A stretch of 64,000 bases of DNA from an uncultured Candidatus Saccharibacteria bacterium (lineage in GTDB: Bacteria > Patescibacteriota > Doudnabacteria > UBA920). This document shows, piece after piece, positions 1 through 9,487 of the stretch. Within the stretch, counting starts at the first letter, position 1. Each line of letters opens with the position of its first letter. The stretch spans positions 4,493-68,492 of the forward strand of contig CAYYQK010000004.1 in the NCBI GenBank assembly GCA_964473815.1, given 5' to 3'. Below the pieces are notes generated by a model, which made no database searches, was not told where the DNA came from, and worked only from the letters and a program-made list of their open reading frames with translations. Made by a program: the position numbers and the translations under genes.

Positions 1-2
1 TT

Positions 3-1121
3 TTGGCTTTAAAGCTATTGTCGAGCGCGAAAGAAATTATTGAAATGGGCATTAAAGACCCGGCAATTTTTGAACTGCTAGGGTTATTTGAAGAAGATTT
101 TGGTGCTGATCGTTTAAGTGATATGACGATACGCATTATAAGGTCTAATATTTATAATTATACTCAGCGCGTATCTAAGGAACTCGGCATCTCATTAACG
201 TATATTCTTGAGTTAGAGGGAGTTAAATATAGCCTGCCATATGACAAAGAAAGAAGAACTCCTTTAATCTTTTTGCCCAAGTCCCTTTTAAGAAGGTTAC
301 CAATTGCTTTAAGTTGGTACGATATCTCAGACGTAGTAGCTTTTAACAATCAGCTGAGGTCTAAAATTAATTCGATTATTTCTTCCGCATGGACTGGTGA
401 TGGCAAACCTAAGAAAAAGGATTTACGGAAAATTATTCTCGCTAACCCTGATAACTTAAAATCTATTCTTGAAGCTTATAACTCAACTCAAGGGGTAGGT
501 TATAACTTTGATATTGACCCTGCAAGTGAGGTTACATGGCTTGAGAAAGGTGTCTTAGCTGCCCACCAAAACCCACTGGAACTTACACAAACCAAATCCC
601 CTACCTTAAACGATGTCTACGAAATTGTATTAAAAATAGTTTCCCAGTTTAAACGCAATATTGAAGTCAACGGAGAAAAGGAAGCACTTTACACAAAAAT
701 AAATGGAAAATTTAAACCACGTCACGAAAAATTCTCACAATTGTTCTTCTTTGCAACGGCCGATACTTACTGTGAGGCTAATGACTTAGATTTAAGTAGA
801 GAACCCAATGCAGGAAATGGTCCGGTAGATTTTAAAGTTAGTAAAGGTAACAAACAAAAAGTTTTAGTAGAGTTAAAGCTATCATCTAACAAGAATTTAG
901 TATCCGGGATGACCGAGCAGCTATCAGCTTATTCTGAATCAGAAAACTCAAACAAATCTATTTACGTAATCATCCGTGTAACTGAATCAACTGAATCTAT
1001 TGAAAGAGTAAAACTGCTTAGAGAAAAATTAATATCTGAAGGCCATCATATGCCAGAACTAGTGATAATCGATGCAATAATGAAGCCATCAGCGAGTAAG
1101 CGTAAATTCAAAATTTCTTAG
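3..1121 (+). CDS. Hypothetical protein, 5'-truncated by the window edge. The C-terminal region carries a PD-(D/E)xK-like motif (GPVDF ... VLVELK), so it may be a nuclease-fold protein.
   Basis: The ORF is open from the window start. A D-x(14)-E-L-K arrangement on predicted beta-strands fits the restriction-endonuclease-like fold. I recognise no other family signature. Confidence 0.45.
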   Translation: MALKLLSSAKEIIEMGIKDPAIFELLGLFEEDFGADRLSDMTIRIIRSNIYNYTQRVSKELGISLTYILELEGVKYSLPYDKERRTPLIFLPKSLLRRLPIALSWYDISDVVAFNNQLRSKINSIISSAWTGDGKPKKKDLRKIILANPDNLKSILEAYNSTQGVGYNFDIDPASEVTWLEKGVLAAHQNPLELTQTKSPTLNDVYEIVLKIVSQFKRNIEVNGEKEALYTKINGKFKPRHEKFSQLFFFATADTYCEANDLDLSREPNAGNGPVDFKVSKGNKQKVLVELKLSSNKNLVSGMTEQLSAYSESENSNKSIYVIIRVTESTESIERVKLLREKLISEGHHMPELVIIDAIMKPSASKRKFKIS

Positions 1122-1232
1122 GAATGCTGAGGTCAATAAAAAATATTCAAAAGAACCACCCCCTCTTGCCATATACCCCCCCTTAGTTAGCAGGACGGAA
1201 TTAATATTATTTCTTCAGCTTCCCTTACTCTG

Positions 1233-1261
1233 GTTGCCACATCTTGCACTATGCGACCCCA
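1233..1261 (+). repeat. Left copy of a 29-nt direct repeat: GTTGCCACATCTTGCACTATGCGACCCCA.
   Basis: It matches 5481-5509 at 28 of 29 positions by direct reading. A hairpin plus T-run terminator follows immediately. Confidence 0.7.
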
Positions 1262-1264
1262 TGA

Positions 1265-1295
1265 AAAAACACGCATAATTATGCGTGTTTTTTCT
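1265..1295 (+). terminator. Rho-independent terminator: hairpin ACACGCATAATTATGCGTGT followed by a T-run.
   Basis: Perfect 8-bp stem followed by TTTTTT. Confidence 0.7.
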
Positions 1296-1356
1296 TTAGC
1301 CCACAGAGTAATTCGAACTAAAAGCTTAAATTTGACAGCAGTGATATAATAAAGAT

Positions 1357-1806
1357 ATGGAAACTTTAACTAAAAACTATAAATTGCTTGCGCTGATTTT
1401 AATCAGTGTTAGTTTAGTTTTTGCATATCCGTTGAGCGTTGTGTTTATGAACCACGAAATGTCTATTGAAGTAATGCATCACTCTCCTATCAATGGACAA
1501 TCAATCATCCCAGGGCAACCAATGTCAGATGCAACCTCCTGCGTTGATTTCCATTTAGGGCTATTCCAAAAACTTTCTGAATGTAGCCCACGACTGTCTA
1601 ATACAAACGCTATTAGTTTATTATTTGCCATTGCTCTAGTTCTACTATTAGGTTTAGCAATAAGTTTTACCGAACTAAACAGTAGAGTTAATTTTCACTA
1701 TCAAAGACTTAAGCCAATATCCCTCGCCTCTTACCTAAAACAGCTCGGTAATTGGCTTGTGATAATCGAGAAGAAAGCACCTGCATACGCTTTTGCAATA
1801 GCGTAA
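1357..1806 (+). CDS. Small integral membrane protein of unknown function; first gene of the copper cassette.
   Basis: Several hydrophobic segments. The start codon sits about 20 nt downstream of the TATAAT element within TGATATAAT at 1332-1340. Confidence 0.5.
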   Translation: METLTKNYKLLALILISVSLVFAYPLSVVFMNHEMSIEVMHHSPINGQSIIPGQPMSDATSCVDFHLGLFQKLSECSPRLSNTNAISLLFAIALVLLLGLAISFTELNSRVNFHYQRLKPISLASYLKQLGNWLVIIEKKAPAYAFAIA

Positions 1807-1885
1807 AGGTTTTTACTATTTAACTAACTGCTTAGTAATAACCTTTACGTTCCGTAAAGGTGTTTTTATTATTAAGTAGAAATCT

Positions 1886-3220
1886 ATGAATAGAATTGTC
1901 GTCCCGATTGAAGGGATGCATTGTAAGTCTTGTGAACTTAGTATTGAAGAAAAAATTAAACAAATCCCCAATGTAGCAAAAGTGTCTGTCAGTCATGTTA
2001 GTAACCGAGCTAAAATATGGTTCAATGACCGAAAACCAGCAATGACAGATATCGATAAAGCCGTTCAAGATGCTGGTTATTCAGTGGCGCAAAACAAACC
2101 ACAAAAAAAGACTTGGCTTTCTCATGATCCAATGACCTACTTCTATGTAGGATGCGCTGCGGCCATAATCGTATTTGTTTACGTGTTTGCTAAAGACTCT
2201 GGTCTCGCAAATCTTGCAAGCGCAGTGACAGGTCAAAGCATTGCGATGTCTGCCGTTATTGGGTTGGTTGCTGGATTGTCATCGTGTATGGCTTTAATTG
2301 GAGGTTTAGTTCTCGCTCTCTCAGCAAGTCATTCTGAAGCTCATCCAGAAAGCACAAAGTTACAAAACTTCCGACCTCACCTGTTCTTTAATCTTGGAAG
2401 GATTTTAGGCTTTGCGGTTCTTGGCGGACTAATTGGATTGATTGGCGGCGCTTTGCAACCATCATTCAGACATATGGCCATACTAGCCCTGCTAGTAGGA
2501 GTGGTAATGATCCTACTCGGTTTGAAACTCACTGAAATCTTCCCAATTTTAGATCGAGTAAATTTAACTTTGCCGAAGTTTATCTCTAAGATATTTGGAG
2601 CTCACAAACAGAATAGTGAATATAGTCATCGCGGTGCATTCATTGGCGGCTTTATGACCTTCTTCTTGCCATGTGGATTCACCCAAGCGATGCAACTATA
2701 CGCTATCTCTACTGGCAACTTTGTTAAAGGTGCGCTCATTATGTCTCTCTTCGCGCTAGGTACATCTGTAGGTTTGCTGAGTATTGGTGGACTAACTTCA
2801 CTATTCCAGAAGAAGGCTAGATTATTCTTTGCAACAGCCGGCTTTGCAGTAATTATTCTCGGAATAGTAAACATTACGAACGCTGGAAGAATTGTCTTTG
2901 CTCGCAGTGATTCTACTACCCGAGTAGTCGCCAGCTTAGAGGAACAAAAATTATCCGTGGAATACTGGGCGCGGCCACTTCCCGACCTAGAACCTTACAA
3001 CTTCACAGTTAAAGTAGGACAGCCAGTGCGAATGGACGTCCTAGCACATACCGACGGTGTTGGGTGTATGGCAACCATCATGATTCCTGGGCTATACAAT
3101 ACGCCCCTACCGTTCAAAAAAGACCAAACTGTAACGATGAAGTTCACGCCGAAAAAGGCAGGAACTTACCCAATCACTTGCGCCATGGGTGTAAAACGCG
3201 GCGAAATTAAAGTTGAATAA
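1886..3220 (+). CDS. Three-part fusion: an N-terminal heavy-metal-associated (HMA) domain, a TauE/SafE-like polytopic permease, and a C-terminal cupredoxin-like domain.
   Basis: N-terminal GMHCKSCE (MxCxxC metal-binding motif). A central region of about 8 TM helices with Gly-rich helices. A C-terminal segment (..[12 protein letters not shown]...TYPITCAMG) resembles a plastocyanin/cupredoxin fold. It overlaps copA by 8 nt. Confidence 0.65.
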   Translation: MNRIVVPIEGMHCKSCELSIEEKIKQIPNVAKVSVSHVSNRAKIWFNDRKPAMTDIDKAVQDAGYSVAQNKPQKKTWLSHDPMTYFYVGCAAAIIVFVYVFAKDSGLANLASAVTGQSIAMSAVIGLVAGLSSCMALIGGLVLALSASHSEAHPESTKLQNFRPHLFFNLGRILGFAVLGGLIGLIGGALQPSFRHMAILALLVGVVMILLGLKLTEIFPILDRVNLTLPKFISKIFGAHKQNSEYSHRGAFIGGFMTFFLPCGFTQAMQLYAISTGNFVKGALIMSLFALGTSVGLLSIGGLTSLFQKKARLFFATAGFAVIILGIVNITNAGRIVFARSDSTTRVVASLEEQKLSVEYWARPLPDLEPYNFTVKVGQPVRMDVLAHTDGVGCMATIMIPGLYNTPLPFKKDQTVTMKFTPKKAGTYPITCAMGVKRGEIKVE

Positions 3221-5429
3221 TGATAAGATTAAATATATGGAAACTACTAAATTTCGCATTCCGGATATGCACTGCTCGTCCTGTGCTGTTAGGAACGAAA
3301 AATCTCTCAACAAACTTATAGGAGTGAAGTCAGCTAGTGTTAATTTCGCGTTGCGTACTGCTTCTGTTGACTACGACCCAGGAGAAGTTAACGAGCATGA
3401 AATGCACAAAACTGTTAGTGACAACGGCTATCATCCAGAAGCAATGAATCATGGCGATCATAACAGTCACAATATGTCAGAACATGACCATGGGGGCATG
3501 GCTTCAGCTAAAGAGGTGAAAGAAGCGAGGAACAAAGCAATATGGGCACTGCTGTTGGCACTGCCAACTTTAGTGTTGGCGATGAGTAAAATTGATCTGC
3601 CATGGATATTTGGCGGATTCAATCTTTCTGTGTGGATCCAAGCAGTTTTGGGAATCATAACCGTATTGGTGATTGGAAAAGAATTCCACATTACTACTTT
3701 AAAACTGGCTAAACGGTTTACTACCAATATGGACACGTTAATTTCGGTGGGTACAGTAGCAGCAATCGGTTACAGCATCTGGGCAATGGTTAAGGGCGGG
3801 CAAGATTTCTATTTTGAAACCGCGGCTGTGATTACCGCGTTCATCCTGCTCGGACGATACCTGGAAGCCAAAAGCCGAGGTCAAGCTAGTCAGGCTATCT
3901 CAAAACTGATGCAATTGGGAGCTAAAACAGCACACTTAGTTAGGGATAATAGTACTGAAGAAATATCCATCGAGCAGGTTCGAGAAAATGACATCCTCCT
4001 AGTTAAGCCAGGTGAAAAATACCCTGTAGATGGAGTTATTGAGTCAGGCCAAACCTCTGCCGATGAATCTATGCTCACGGGAGAAAGTATGTCTGTGAGT
4101 AAACAAGCCGGCGATGATATATTTGGTGCCACGATTAATCTCAACGGTGCAGTGCAAATGAGGGCTACTAAAGTTGGTAAAGACACTATGCTTTCTCAGA
4201 TTATCAAGATGGTCGAAGATGCCCAGGTTAAAAAAGCGCCAATCCAAAAGATGGCGGACAAAATTGCTGGAGTTTTTGTGCCAATTATTATTGTGCTAGC
4301 TCTTGTAACATTCGCAGTGTGGTTCTTGATTACGAAAAATTTTGAACCAAGCTTTATAGCTGCAGTTGCTGTTCTAGTGATTGCTTGTCCATGTGCGTTA
4401 GGCTTAGCCACTCCTGTCGCAATATTAGTTGGTACAAGTGAAGGCGCAAAGAAAGGCATCCTAATTAAAAATGGCGAAGCCTTGGAAAAAGCTAAACACA
4501 TTGATGTGGTGATGTTTGATAAAACCGGCACGCTAACCGAAGGAAAACCTACAGTTGTTGATGTGATCAGCAACGGAATGACAGATGATGAACTAATTAA
4601 AATTGCAGCCGGGATTGAAAGTCAATCTGAGCACCCATTAGCTCAAGCAGTTGTGAAGTACGCGAAGGAAAAACTAATTCGTATGGAAGGCGTTTCTGAT
4701 TTCAAATCCGTTACAGGCAAAGGTGTGTCTGCAACTATTGATAAAGAACAATATCATATAGGTAACCCTAGATGGGTAACAGAAATGAACATCAGCAACT
4801 CAATTGGTGAAAAGATCGAACAACTTGAACGCGAAGCTAAAACAGTTGTAGTTTTAACTAACAAACACGTTGTTATTGGTGCCATCGCGATCGCTGATCC
4901 CATCAAACCTGATTCAAAGCAGGCCATTGCCTTGCTTAACTCTATGGGTGTCCAAAGCGTGATGATTTCTGGTGACAACCAAAGAACTACGGAGGCAATT
5001 GCCAAAGAGGCAGGAATAACAAAAGTGTTAGCGGAAGTACTACCACAGGACAAAGCTGCTGAGGTGAAAAAACTTCAGAGCCAAGGCAAAAAAGTCGCCT
5101 TTGTTGGTGACGGGATTAACGATGCTCCGGCATTGGCACAATCCGATTTAGGAATCGCGATCGGCACAGGTACAGACATTGCCATAGAATCTGGTGAAAT
5201 AGTCTTGGTGAAAGGAAGCCCTTTGAAAGTAGTGCAAGCCTTGCGTTTATCGCAGATGACACTAAAAATCATTAAACAGAATCTATTCTGGGCATTCTTC
5301 TATAATGTTGCTGCCATTCCCCTCGCCTCTTTGGGTTTCCTAAATCCGATGATTGCTGGTGCAGCCATGGCTCTATCGAGCTTCAGTGTGGTTGGTAATA
5401 GTATTCGAATAAAGAAAAACAAAATCTAA
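3213..5429 (+). CDS. copA: Cu(+)-exporting P1B-type ATPase.
   Basis: N-terminal HMA domain (MHCSSCAV). CPC motif in the TM helix ([13 protein letters not shown]). DKTGTLT phosphorylation site. GDGINDAP hinge. Confidence 0.92.
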   Translation: MNNDKIKYMETTKFRIPDMHCSSCAVRNEKSLNKLIGVKSASVNFALRTASVDYDPGEVNEHEMHKTVSDNGYHPEAMNHGDHNSHNMSEHDHGGMASAKEVKEARNKAIWALLLALPTLVLAMSKIDLPWIFGGFNLSVWIQAVLGIITVLVIGKEFHITTLKLAKRFTTNMDTLISVGTVAAIGYSIWAMVKGGQDFYFETAAVITAFILLGRYLEAKSRGQASQAISKLMQLGAKTAHLVRDNSTEEISIEQVRENDILLVKPGEKYPVDGVIESGQTSADESMLTGESMSVSKQAGDDIFGATINLNGAVQMRATKVGKDTMLSQIIKMVEDAQVKKAPIQKMADKIAGVFVPIIIVLALVTFAVWFLITKNFEPSFIAAVAVLVIACPCALGLATPVAILVGTSEGAKKGILIKNGEALEKAKHIDVVMFDKTGTLTEGKPTVVDVISNGMTDDELIKIAAGIESQSEHPLAQAVVKYAKEKLIRMEGVSDFKSVTGKGVSATIDKEQYHIGNPRWVTEMNISNSIGEKIEQLEREAKTVVVLTNKHVVIGAIAIADPIKPDSKQAIALLNSMGVQSVMISGDNQRTTEAIAKEAGITKVLAEVLPQDKAAEVKKLQSQGKKVAFVGDGINDAPALAQSDLGIAIGTGTDIAIESGEIVLVKGSPLKVVQALRLSQMTLKIIKQNLFWAFFYNVAAIPLASLGFLNPMIAGAAMALSSFSVVGNSIRIKKNKI

Positions 5430-5480
5430 ACTACTCTCAAATTTGGGGTCGCAATATATTCGCTAGATTCACGAACAGCA

Positions 5481-5509
5481 GTTGCCACATCTTCCACTAT
5501 GCGACCCCA
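5481..5509 (+). repeat. Right copy of the 29-nt direct repeat (GTTGCCACATCTTCCACTATGCGACCCCA). It is also the 3' arm of a 10-bp inverted repeat with GGGGTCGCAA at 5445-5454.
   Basis: Read directly; one mismatch versus 1233-1261. Confidence 0.7.
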
Positions 5510-5519
5510 GCAATAGATC

Positions 5520-5540
5520 GCCTTCAGGGCGGTTTTTTGT
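5520..5540 (+). terminator. Rho-independent terminator after copA (CGCCTTCAGGGCG followed by a T-run).
   Basis: Short GC stem followed by TTTTTTG. Confidence 0.55.
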
Positions 5541-5554
5541 TATTATTTAGATAT

Positions 5555-6754
5555 ATGGCTTCTGATCAGAAACAAAAATCATTTAAATTACCAGCCTCTT
5601 TTTTGTTGGGGGCGGCTTCGAGCTCTCATCAAGTTGAAGGCAATAATACTAATTGCGACTGGTGGCTCGAAGAACAGGCTGGAAAATTGCCTAAATCTGG
5701 CGTAGCGACTGATTTTTATCATAGATACGCCGAAGATTTTGGATTGGCAAAACAAGTAGGCCTCAATGCCATGCGTGTTTCTATAGAGTGGAGCCGCATC
5801 GAACCACAGCCAGGACATTGGGATACCGAAGCTGTTGAGCATTACCGAAAAGTTTTGCAAGAAATGAAAAATCAGGGCCTCAGCCGTTTAGTGACTTTGC
5901 ATCATTTTACTTTACCGGTGTGGTTGTATAAAAAAGGTGGGTTCGGTAGCAGTGATTCGGTCACAGCCTTTACTCGTTATGCCCGCTATATTGCAGAACA
6001 ACTGGGTACTGAAATTGATTTATGGAACACAATAAATGAACCGGAAATTTATACTTCGATGACTTCGCAATGGGGTACGTGGCCGCCTTTTTCGAAAAGT
6101 CCAATTCGAGCGTTTATGGTTTTTAATAATTTGGCTAAAGCTCATATTCAAGGATACCTAGCGATTAAGTCGGTTTTGCCGAGTGCGCAAATTAGCATTG
6201 CTAAAAACAATATTCACTTCGAAGCTTTCAAACCCAATAGCTGGCTCGACCAAACTGCAGTTCAGTTATCAAAATATTTTCGTAATTTTTGGTTCCTAAA
6301 CAAAATTAAAGATCATTTGGATTTTATCGGACTAAATTATTATTTCTACCGAGCAATAACAGTTTCAATTGAAGGGATTACTGAAAAAAATAAACATGTG
6401 CCAAAATCTGATATGGGCTGGCAAACTTTCCCGGAAGGAATCTATCACTTAATTATGGATTTAACTCACCGCTACGGGAAACCAATTTACATTACTGAGA
6501 ATGGAATCGCCAACGCCCGCGACGACATGCGCAAAGATTTCATCCGCGAACATTTGTATTGGGTGAGCAAAGCCAATTCGCAAGGTGCGGATGTGCGTGG
6601 GTACTTCTACTGGTCACTTACGGATACCTATGAATGGCAAGATGGATATGATCCAAAATTTGGTCTAGTGGAAATAGACTTTGAACGTGACCAAACTCGC
6701 AAGGTTCGCCCAAGCGCAGAAATTTTTCAAGAAATAAAAAATAATCAAAACTAA
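5555..6754 (+). CDS. Glycoside hydrolase family 1 beta-glucosidase or beta-galactosidase.
   Basis: N-terminal F..G.A.SSHQVEG signature. Acid/base TINEP motif (LWNTINEP). Nucleophile ITENG motif. The ATG at 5555 is preferred over the TTG at 5537 that the ORF track uses, because that TTG lies inside the terminator T-run. Confidence 0.85.
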   Translation: MASDQKQKSFKLPASFLLGAASSSHQVEGNNTNCDWWLEEQAGKLPKSGVATDFYHRYAEDFGLAKQVGLNAMRVSIEWSRIEPQPGHWDTEAVEHYRKVLQEMKNQGLSRLVTLHHFTLPVWLYKKGGFGSSDSVTAFTRYARYIAEQLGTEIDLWNTINEPEIYTSMTSQWGTWPPFSKSPIRAFMVFNNLAKAHIQGYLAIKSVLPSAQISIAKNNIHFEAFKPNSWLDQTAVQLSKYFRNFWFLNKIKDHLDFIGLNYYFYRAITVSIEGITEKNKHVPKSDMGWQTFPEGIYHLIMDLTHRYGKPIYITENGIANARDDMRKDFIREHLYWVSKANSQGADVRGYFYWSLTDTYEWQDGYDPKFGLVEIDFERDQTRKVRPSAEIFQEIKNNQN

Positions 6755-6757
6755 AAC

Positions 6758-7675
6758 ATGAATTTTTATATTGGCATTGCGGTCATTGCTTATTCCCTGT
6801 TCGCGATTAACGGAATTATAGACAAGTTTCTACTGAGCAAAGCGGTTCGCTCCCCTGCTGTCTATGCTTTTTTCATTGGTATTACAGGGCCATTTACCTT
6901 TGTTTTGGCTTTACTGGCCTTAGTGCCGGGTCTCCATGTTAGTTTAAAATTTTTATCCCTTTCTGATTTGCTCATTGCAATTGTAGGTGGTGCCAGTTTT
7001 GTTCTTGCGCTCTACTATTTATATAAAGCAACTCAGCAAACTAGCGTTTCGCGAATTTTGCCAATCGAAGGTGGTCTTGTCCCTGTATTCACTTTAGTGT
7101 TTGCTTATGTGATTTTAGGAGAACGTTTGCTCGAAACTCAGCTGATAGCTTTTGTATTCTTAGTTGTGGGGGCAGTAATAATTTCTCTGCGTCACGACAA
7201 AAGTGGTTGGCACGCTAAAGCTTTCACTAACGCAGTTGTTGCAGCAGCTTTATTTGCACTGTCTTTCGTTCTTACTAAATATACATTTGATCATTCCAAT
7301 TTTATTTCCGGTCTGATCTGGACACGTCTCGGATTCTTTGTGGTTGCTGTTAGCTTTCTTATATCACCAAAAGTGCGGTACGAAATTCGCCATGTCCCGA
7401 AGGATACCACGAAAGCCAACAAATTTTTATATCTGGGTGCGCGGGTTAGTGGCAGCTTGAGTGGCTTTCTTCAAAATTATGCAATCTCTCTTGGCAGTGT
7501 AACCATTGTTAATGCTATGCAAGGCACGCAATATGCTTTAGTGTTAATTGGTACTGTATTGCTTTCTAAATACTATCCAAAAATTTTAAAGGAAAAAGTT
7601 ACCAAACAGATTCTAGCACAGAAAATTTTAGCAATTATTCTAATTGCTACTGGCTTAGTCTTCCTAGCTTTCTAA
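6758..7675 (+). CDS. DMT/EamA-like 10-TM transporter.
   Basis: Two repeated 5-TM halves over 305 aa, typical EamA size and topology. Confidence 0.55.
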   Translation: MNFYIGIAVIAYSLFAINGIIDKFLLSKAVRSPAVYAFFIGITGPFTFVLALLALVPGLHVSLKFLSLSDLLIAIVGGASFVLALYYLYKATQQTSVSRILPIEGGLVPVFTLVFAYVILGERLLETQLIAFVFLVVGAVIISLRHDKSGWHAKAFTNAVVAAALFALSFVLTKYTFDHSNFISGLIWTRLGFFVVAVSFLISPKVRYEIRHVPKDTTKANKFLYLGARVSGSLSGFLQNYAISLGSVTIVNAMQGTQYALVLIGTVLLSKYYPKILKEKVTKQILAQKILAIILIATGLVFLAF

Positions 7676-7676
7676 A

Positions 7677-8699
7677 ATGCGCATTCATCCAAAAATAAAA
7701 AAATCTTTAATCGTTGTTCTAATTATTCTGGGAGCAATCTTTCTGTTGGCGATAATCTTATTTATGATTGGCCGACCACAAAAAAATATAACTTGGGGGA
7801 TCACCTTCTCAACAGTAAGAGCCCGAGAACTGGGCTTTGAACCTGAAAGTTTATTTAAAACAATTCTTACTGATCTGCATCCCAAAAAAGTCCGCCTCCC
7901 TGCTTATTGGTCGGAACTTGAACCGCAACAAGGACAATTTAATTATCAACCTTTTGATAATCTCCTTACCGAAGCAAGTAAGACAAATACCCAAATTGTG
8001 CTTGTTCTTGGGAAAAAACAGCCACGTTGGCCAGAATGCCATCAGCCAGACTGGTACAATCATCTGCCCGATGAAGCCACTCAAGATAAGGCAGTGCTAA
8101 CTATGGTCGAACAAGCGGTTAACCATTTTAAGAGTAACCAAGCTATTGTGGCCTGGCAGATCGAAAATGAACCATATTTTCAATATGGACCTCGCTGCCC
8201 GGAAACTAGCCATGAACTTTATCAAAAAGAAATCAGTCTAGTAAAATCTTTAGATTCACGTCCTACTATTGCCACGGACAGCGGTGAAAAAGGAGCCTGG
8301 ATTACAGTTGCCTCGAGCGGAGTAAATATTTTGGGCACAACTATGTACCGGGAAGCCTACTATGATAAAAAAGAAAAGTATGTGACTTATGCTTTGCCTT
8401 GGTGGACATATAACATCAAAGCGGGATTAGTGAAACTTCTGACTCCTGCCAATACAGTTATTGGTGTAGAGCTGCAAGCAGAACCGTGGTTAATTATCTC
8501 CAATCCAAATGCGACAGTGCCTGCTGAACAACTAAAGCACATGAATCCTCAAATATTCCAAAATGATATTAAATATGCGACAAAAGTTGGATTGCCGGAA
8601 AATTACTTGTGGGGCGCTGAATGGTGGTACTGGATGCAAAAAGCTCATGGCGACAGTTCAATGGTAAACACCGCAAAAACATTTTTTAATAATCAATAA
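7677..8699 (+). CDS. Membrane-anchored glycoside hydrolase, clan GH-A (GH5- or GH35-like TIM barrel).
   Basis: N-terminal TM anchor. The WQIENEP catalytic acid/base motif characteristic of clan GH-A. Confidence 0.55.
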   Translation: MRIHPKIKKSLIVVLIILGAIFLLAIILFMIGRPQKNITWGITFSTVRARELGFEPESLFKTILTDLHPKKVRLPAYWSELEPQQGQFNYQPFDNLLTEASKTNTQIVLVLGKKQPRWPECHQPDWYNHLPDEATQDKAVLTMVEQAVNHFKSNQAIVAWQIENEPYFQYGPRCPETSHELYQKEISLVKSLDSRPTIATDSGEKGAWITVASSGVNILGTTMYREAYYDKKEKYVTYALPWWTYNIKAGLVKLLTPANTVIGVELQAEPWLIISNPNATVPAEQLKHMNPQIFQNDIKYATKVGLPENYLWGAEWWYWMQKAHGDSSMVNTAKTFFNNQ

Positions 8700-8703
8700 A
8701 TGT

Positions 8704-9483
8704 ATGTATATAGTTTTTGATATTGGCGCGACGAATTTCCGTCTAGCCCACTCAGAGGATGGCAAAACTCTGAAAAAAAATGTAATCTTCCCTACTCCTC
8801 AGAACTACGAAGATGGAATTAAATTACTCACAGAAGAAACTCAAAAACTTTTGGACGGGCAAACCATTCAAGGAATAGCCGGCGGTGTTGCCGCGCAGTT
8901 TAATCAGGATAAAACAAAAATAATTCATTGTTCGAATTTGCCGGACTGGTCTGGGAGAGCAATGGCTGAAAAACTTTCCAAAATATTTTCTTGCCCTGTA
9001 AAACTTGAAAATGATTGTGCCGTGGGTGCTCTTGGTGAAAGTCATTTTGGTGTTGGTAAGGACTATAAAAACTTAATCTATATTGCGGTTGGAACTGGGA
9101 TTGGCGGGGCGTGGATATTAAATAAAAAGCTTGTTGAAGGCAGTTATAGTTTTGATGTGGGGCATCAGGTTATAGAAGCAAATGGTCCAATTTGTCCTGC
9201 CTGTAAAACCCCGGGGCATTTGGAAGGTTATATTCGTGAGCCGAATTTTAAAAAGTATTTTGCTGTTGGTCTGTATAACACCACCCTGCATTGGCCTTCG
9301 GATGCTGTTGTATTGGGTGGAGGTGCCGTTCTTAAGGGTCAGTGGCAAGCTGATGAAATTAAATTGTTTTTAAACGATTTAACAAAAAACCGCGCTCAAA
9401 ATATTCCCATCCTCACAACCATGCTCGGTGATGAGATTGGTCTATATGGTGCACTGGCATTGATTACTAAATCAGTAAGTTAA
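8704..9483 (+). CDS. ROK-family sugar kinase (glucokinase-like).
   Basis: N-terminal (I/V)(F/G)DIGATN ATP-binding motif. ROK zinc motif CPAC..PGHLEGY. Confidence 0.75.
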   Translation: MYIVFDIGATNFRLAHSEDGKTLKKNVIFPTPQNYEDGIKLLTEETQKLLDGQTIQGIAGGVAAQFNQDKTKIIHCSNLPDWSGRAMAEKLSKIFSCPVKLENDCAVGALGESHFGVGKDYKNLIYIAVGTGIGGAWILNKKLVEGSYSFDVGHQVIEANGPICPACKTPGHLEGYIREPNFKKYFAVGLYNTTLHWPSDAVVLGGGAVLKGQWQADEIKLFLNDLTKNRAQNIPILTTMLGDEIGLYGALALITKSVS

Positions 9484-9487
9484 AGCA

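Noticed and set aside
5537-5554. TTG start for the GH1 gene as used in the ORF track.
   Set aside because: The TTG lies inside the T-run of the copA terminator. The in-frame ATG at 5555 is the more plausible start.
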